This document shows, piece after piece, positions 58,556 to 64,000 of a stretch of DNA of 64,000 bases. Below the pieces are notes generated by a model. That model was not told the DNA's origin. It made no database searches and saw only the letters and a program-made list of their open reading frames with translations. Origin of the DNA: Selaginella moellendorffii (taxonomy: Eukaryota > Plantae > Lycopodiophyta); assembly GCF_000143415.4 (NCBI RefSeq), contig NW_003314307.1, forward strand, positions 692,859-756,858, written 5' to 3'. Made by a program: the position numbers and the translations under genes. Within the stretch, counting starts at the first letter, position 1, and every line of letters begins with the position of its first letter.

Positions 58556-61500
58556 TCATTTGTCTTTTAATGTATCATTAATAAATAGATTTTTCATACC
58601 ACTCCTCAATTTACACATTGCATATGATGTGCCATGCATACCTAGGAAGACTTCTAGAAAACTAAATATATATTGTATATAAGTTTTTAAAACATCATAA
58701 ATTACCTCAGGGCAAAACCCTTGTAGCATGCTCGCTATCACAAAAACCGTCATTTTCTCTTCTGTAGAACACATGGTAGATCCACAGCATAACCTAAATA
58801 ATAAAAACTTTAGAGACAACCAAAACAGAAGATGATTTCTTACCTTCTCTGGCATGCCTGGGACGCCTTTGGTCTTGACCCCAACACTATCCATGATGCA
58901 CTTAGAAGAGAACCTTTTGAAATTGACTCGATTTACATACCTCATAAGGCAGGACATCCAATAGGGGTCATTCAGGAGAATGAAGGCAACTTGACCGGTT
59001 GTGTGAAGGAGAATTGTTGTCAAAAGGAATGCATCTTTCAAATGGTTTTTAGTCAAGATGTTCCAGCTTGGGACATCACCATTACTGTCTGGAAGACCAT
59101 CTGGTATGTCAAAGAGCATGAAGTTTGTGCTCTTGAGCAATCGCCTATAGATCTTCTGACAAAAGCACTCCCACTTTTGCCAGATAGCTATATTCTCAAC
59201 ATCCTCCTCAAAAGATGCCATCAATGAACTGTAGGAGCTAATAAAGATCCCAACTTCACCACGGAATGCCATTGGAGAGATAGGGCGAATCTAGGGGGAG
59301 AAGACAAAGATAAGATGTGAATTTAAGAAAAATTCACATAACGTCATGTGGCGTATGGTAGATATAAGTTCCTCCAGGTCCTCTTCTCAAGCATCAAGAT
59401 GAGCTGGAATGAAGTTACTCCCAACAGTTTTTGTTGTAACCATTTTAAGGAACTAAGAAAAGGAGAGAATTAAGAGAAATATACCTTGAGAAGTTCCTCA
59501 ATTATGGGCATGTCTTGGACGATCATCATCATTGTTGACTGATTCCTCCATATGTGGATTTGCACGCTTTCGTCGAGGTAGAACTTCTTGGATGTTCTGG
59601 TTCTCTTGTTCGACTTCGTCTTGAGGAATTTCTTGCAAATCATTCTCACTGCTATCTTCACTCTCCTCGCCATTAGCACTAGTAGTGTTGACATTCTCAT
59701 GGCCATCATCTTCGTTATCCAGCACGTCTTCATTGTTGCCTTTTGCAGCCTCTCGATGGGTTGGTGCATAATCTGGCATCTCCAATTCCCAAGGACAAGC
59801 TCACTTTATTGCTACTAGAAACTTTATTGTTGTTAGGTACATGCCTCCATCTCTCACACCATGCCTCAGAAGTCATTTGCATACCGGTGTTTCGAGAGGA
59901 ATGCCTCTAAATTAGAGATACCTATAATAGAATATAAATAAATTGAGTATAGTTGAGAAATTGTATGTTACCTAAAAGCCGCTCACCGCATGAAATAAGG
60001 TTGGCCAAGTTGTTTATCAAATGCAGTCATGCTTGTAGCCTTTTTTGGTAACCAATCCTCTCCGACTTTTGTAAACTCAGTGGTGACCAAGTCCTTGAAT
60101 GAAAGTTGCTTAAGATCATCCCCTATGAAAGGCACTAGAAACATCTCCTTTTCATATATAGTTTGTGAAATGTAGACAGTCTTCTTCATCACAGTCTCCA
60201 TCATAATGTCCAAACCTTTTTCTCTTTCCCTAAGTCTATTATTGAGGTCATTTAAAATGTGTATTTGTTCCTCATATGTAAGCTTTGACTTTGAGATGTT
60301 GTAAATAATCTCATCTAGAGTTTTGCCCACTAAGAAATAACTTTTGTGAGTAACCTTCATGTAAACGTAAACAATACTTACTTTCATGATAAGCAATCTC
60401 TGTTATGATATTAAACCACTCCTTTGGGTGTTGAAGGTCAGCCACACTAAGTAATGTCTTTACCTTTGTCTTCTTTGTGATGTTGATTTTCTTGTCAATT
60501 GCAACTAAATGCTTCGAGAGTTCTTGATCACTTTCAGCTCGATGTGATTGTGCATATGCATCTTGCCTAACCTTCACCAATGGCTGAAGACAACACAAAT
60601 ATTCTATGATAAGAAGTATACTTTGAAGAATATACCTTACTCCACACAGTTGTCATAAAAGCCACTAGATTCTTGTACCATCTATTGGCATCTTGATGAC
60701 CTTGTTGATGCCAAATAAGTGATGCTAAATCATCATCATAATGGCTGTAAACTACATCCTTGTTGAGATTGGCAAGAAACCGGATCTACTCGATATCATA
60801 TACTAGGCTTTGTTTATGCACTACAAACTGTCCTAGCTTGCAAAACACAAATTGTTAAAAGTGATTGAAGAGGTACTTACACATTAATTTTGTGGCAAGC
60901 TATCACAAGCCTTGCCATATCTAGAGATCCTCTCGTGTGTACATGTCCAATCAGAACATTGATGTGATAGATAGAATCGTCTCGGAAGCATTCATTAATA
61001 TACTTCATCCATGCACACCACCGATCATTCCCGTCGATAATGTAGAACATTTTCCCCATAAATTATTAAGTCTCAGAATGGCTCATAAGCATGTTGTCAA
61101 ATTCGCGGGACTTCATTTTCCAAATGTCTTCCCAAACCCTTTCAATTTTTGGTGACACCGAGAGGGTATTTGTCATTCCTGGCTTGAAGACCAAAACAAG
61201 GAGCATACCTATATTTGTCCCAAGGCCATTATGTTTGTATAAACTATAGATATCCATGTTGACAAAGTGAGGTGAAGCAGACCGAATGATGCTTGTCTGA
61301 GTGAATTGACATAGTGGGATTTCTTGGATCATGTCTTCCAGGCCTTCCCACTTGAGAGACTCTAGAGTCGTGTGAATGGCCTTCTCTTTGGTTCTCAAAA
61401 CTGTCTCTTGGAAGTGTTTGTCTACAATATGTTTAGGTAGCTCCACTTCTCTTTTAGCTTCAGCTACACCTCTAGTAGCACCATTATCAAATCTAGCCCC

Positions 61501-61569
61501 CAGCTCGGGCCCAACACCCCCGTTAGGCACACTTGGGCACTGCTCCGTAATGTAGTTAATTTCTGCCAT
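58556..61569 (-). pseudogene. Multi-exon disrupted gene: ParB/Srx-like N-terminal region, helical region, acidic/NLS linker, beta-class amino-methyltransferase-like C-terminal region
   Basis: FYIIDGNDRWCAW (61021-61044) is in frame with ORF 61066..61836 across TAA TAA. There is an acidic tract with PRRKR. FMLFDIPDGLP (59096-59110 core), LLHTTGQVAFIL and EVFLGMHGTSYA...NLFIND (58619-58654) follow. GT-AG-like introns separate the pieces. Confidence 0.5.
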
Positions 61570-61599
61570 ATTTTGTGAATATGTTAAAAGTAGTGGCAT

Positions 61600-61835
61600 T
61601 TGTGGTTGTGGCAACAATGGTAGTGATGACAATGGTTGCAATGGCGCCACTAGTGGTGATGATGGTGGTGGTGGTGGTGGTAATGGCAATGATAACAGTG
61701 GTGGTAATGGTGGTGATGATGGTGGTGGTAATAGTGGTGATGAAGGTAGAGGTGGCAATGGTGGTGAAGGTGGGTGGCGGTGGTAATGGTGGGTGGGTGG
61801 GCATCGATGGCGGTGGTGGCAAAAATGGGGGTGCA
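61600..61835. repeat. (GGT)n-derived trinucleotide low-complexity tract
   Basis: GGT/GAT/AAT triplet run, reading as a Pro-rich peptide in frame with and upstream of the 61569 ATG. Confidence 0.85.
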
Positions 61836-62070
61836 TGTAGACTAGAGCTATCTGGTTGTGAAGATGGTAGAGTTGTTGCTATGAAAATCTCTATCTAAAG
61901 ATTAAATTGATTGTCATCCTGGATCTCATCTTCCTCATGTCTTGTTCTCTTTGATCCAACATCCTTCTCCTTTTATAGTTGTTTTTTTTTCTGAAAATAT
62001 AGAAAACTCATTATAAAATAAAAATGCATAAGAAGAAAAAATGCATAAAAATGCACCTAGCGTGGCCTCC

Positions 62071-62880
62071 GGTTCACCGCCCCCAAGCGCCATGGCCGGC
62101 CTCCACGGAGTGCCCGGCATGGGCACTTGGCGCGGGCACTGGTTCACTGACGTACCGGCCCGCCCCCAAGCACCATGGCCAGCCCGCGCAGAGTGCCCAG
62201 CACAGGCACTTGGCGCGGGCACTTGGCACGGGTGCCGGTTTGCCGGCGTACCAGCCCGCCCCCAAGTGCCATGGCTGGCCTGCGCAGAGTGCCCAGCATG
62301 GGCACTTGGCGCGGGCACTTGGCGCAGGTGCTGGTTTGCCGGTGTCCCGGCCCACACCCAAGCGCCATGGCCAGCCCATGCGGAGTGCCTGGCCTGGGCA
62401 CTTGGTGCGGGCTCTAGTTCGCTGACATACCGGCCCGCCCCCAAGCGCCATGGCTGGCCCGTGTGGAGTGCCCAGCTCGGGCACTTGGCACGGGCACTTG
62501 GCGCGAGCGCTGGTTCACCGGCGTATCGGCCTGCCCCCAAGTGTTGTGGCTGGCCCGTGCCAAGTGCCTGGCCCGGGCACTTGGCATAGGCACTTGGCAT
62601 GGGCTCTGGTTCGCCGGTGTACCAGCCTACCCCCAAGTGCCATGGCCAGCCTGTGCGGAGTGCCCGGCTCAGGCACTTGGCATGGGCACTTGGCGTGGGC
62701 TTTGGTTTGCCGGCGTACCAGCCCGCCCCCAAGTGCCATGGCCGGCCCGCGCGGAGTGCCTGGCATGGGCACTTGGCGCAGCCACTTGGCGCAGGCACCC
62801 GGTTTGCCAGCATACCGGCCTGCCCCCAAGTGCTGTGGCCAGCCCGTGACAAGTGCCCAGGCAGTGGCGGCGCTGGGCAC
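62071..62880. repeat. GC-rich tandem array, about 9 units of 83 or 96 bp with an internal 13-bp subrepeat
   Basis: The anchor C(C/A)CCCAAG starts at 62080, 62163, 62259, 62355, 62438, 62534, 62630, 62726 and 62823. Unit lengths differ by one GGGCACTTGGCGC-like 13-mer. Confidence 0.95.
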
Positions 62881-64000
62881 AGCAGCAGCAGCGCTGGAGG
62901 CTGGGCACTGAGGCGGCGGCTCTGGGCATGGTGTGGGCGTGGTGGTGTTGGGCGTGGTGTGGGCACGACGGCGCTGGGCGTGGCATGGGTGTGGCAGCGC
63001 TGGGCGTGGCATGGGAGTGGAGGAGAGGGAGTGGAGGAGAAAAAAACTTACTCTTGGTGGCATTCTGTTCGACGCCGATGGATCCCACAGTCACTCCCAA
63101 TCTCCTGCTCTACTTTCTGTAAAACCCTTAGTCCTAACCTAACTTTCATCATAGCTGTTCATCGTGGATGTAGTAAATCTTCATTACATTCTGCTAGTAA
63201 TATACCATCCTAGATTTGATCACGTGACAAAGTCCTTTTGAGTTGTAATTTATTAATAGAGGTGTGCTCTAATATGACTATGCCATAATGTGAAAATAAT
63301 GTCACAGACACATGTGTTGAATTGATCACAGTACGAAATTATAAATGAGAATTATGTGTTTCTTGCAAGTCATAGAATCTTGTCAGAAAATATAAGATTA
63401 TTAAATCGTAAGATGTTATTTCCAAAGCAATGTATATAGATAATTTACTATAGGTGATACATGGTAGTACAAAGATGGAATATATTTAAATGAGTTCAGA
63501 AGAATGTGATGATTTCTGGCTTTAATGAAGTACTGAAAATATGTACAATATTTAATGTGGTTGGCAACAATTGGTTGATGGTAGATCCTAGAATAAAATC
63601 ATTCATATCTTTCATATTATGGCACATGCTTGAGGTGATATTTCTTTCCATTTTACCAAAAGTTAGTCCATATAATAACTTTGAGCATGTTTTTGAATTC
63701 AATGTATACAAACTTTTAATATTGTACATCATAGTCCTTTATACTTCATACAAAATTTATTATAACAACATTATTTGATGTTAGATCCTAGAATAAAATC
63801 ACCCTTTCTTTTCACATAATGCCATAGCACATGTTTAAGGTGACATTTCTTTATAAAAGTTTAGAGTTCCAAAACCTAAAGGTAATAAAATGGAGAGTTT
63901 CTTTTTGCATTACCAAGATCACACACCACTTTTTTTCTCCCAAAGTCTTATTTCAAAAAGTTTTCTTTGCCAATGTTTCGATTTGTTTCTCAATTCTATT

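Noticed and set aside
62071-62880. CRISPR-like array, or the long ORFs such as 61935..62966
   Set aside because: Whole units repeat with no unique spacers, there are no cas genes, and the context is eukaryotic. The ORFs arise from GC-rich repeats lacking stops.

Overview
Eukaryotic plant nuclear DNA. The compact genes, introns of mostly 45-100 bp, DYW-type PPR gene and archaeal-RNase-H-bearing Tat retroelement point to a lycophyte such as Selaginella (inference). The left part (1-26 kb) is gene-dense. It holds a group III WRKY factor, an A1 aspartic protease, two tandem P2B Ca2+-ATPases (the second appears to lack the N-terminal autoinhibitory domain), STE24/FACE1, a PLS-DYW PPR editing factor, and a G-type lectin/S-domain cluster (two kinases here plus a kinase-less receptor-like protein). 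The middle (26-46 kb) is a rearranged duplication zone. It contains a NAT/PPR chimeric pseudogene with an internal inversion, a Roco/COR-PPR relic, Ty3/gypsy relics, a 2-kb direct repeat flanking a third intact receptor kinase, receptor-kinase relics, and an intact nucleobase-ascorbate transporter. The right part (46-64 kb) is repeat-rich and decayed. It contains a ~500-bp foldback, tandem repeats, a quinone-oxidoreductase pseudogene and the most unusual item: an intron-containing, stop-disrupted gene with a ParB/Srx-like motif and beta-class amino-methyltransferase-like motifs, beside a GC-rich 83/96-bp tandem array. All homology calls come from motif recognition by eye, not from database searches.
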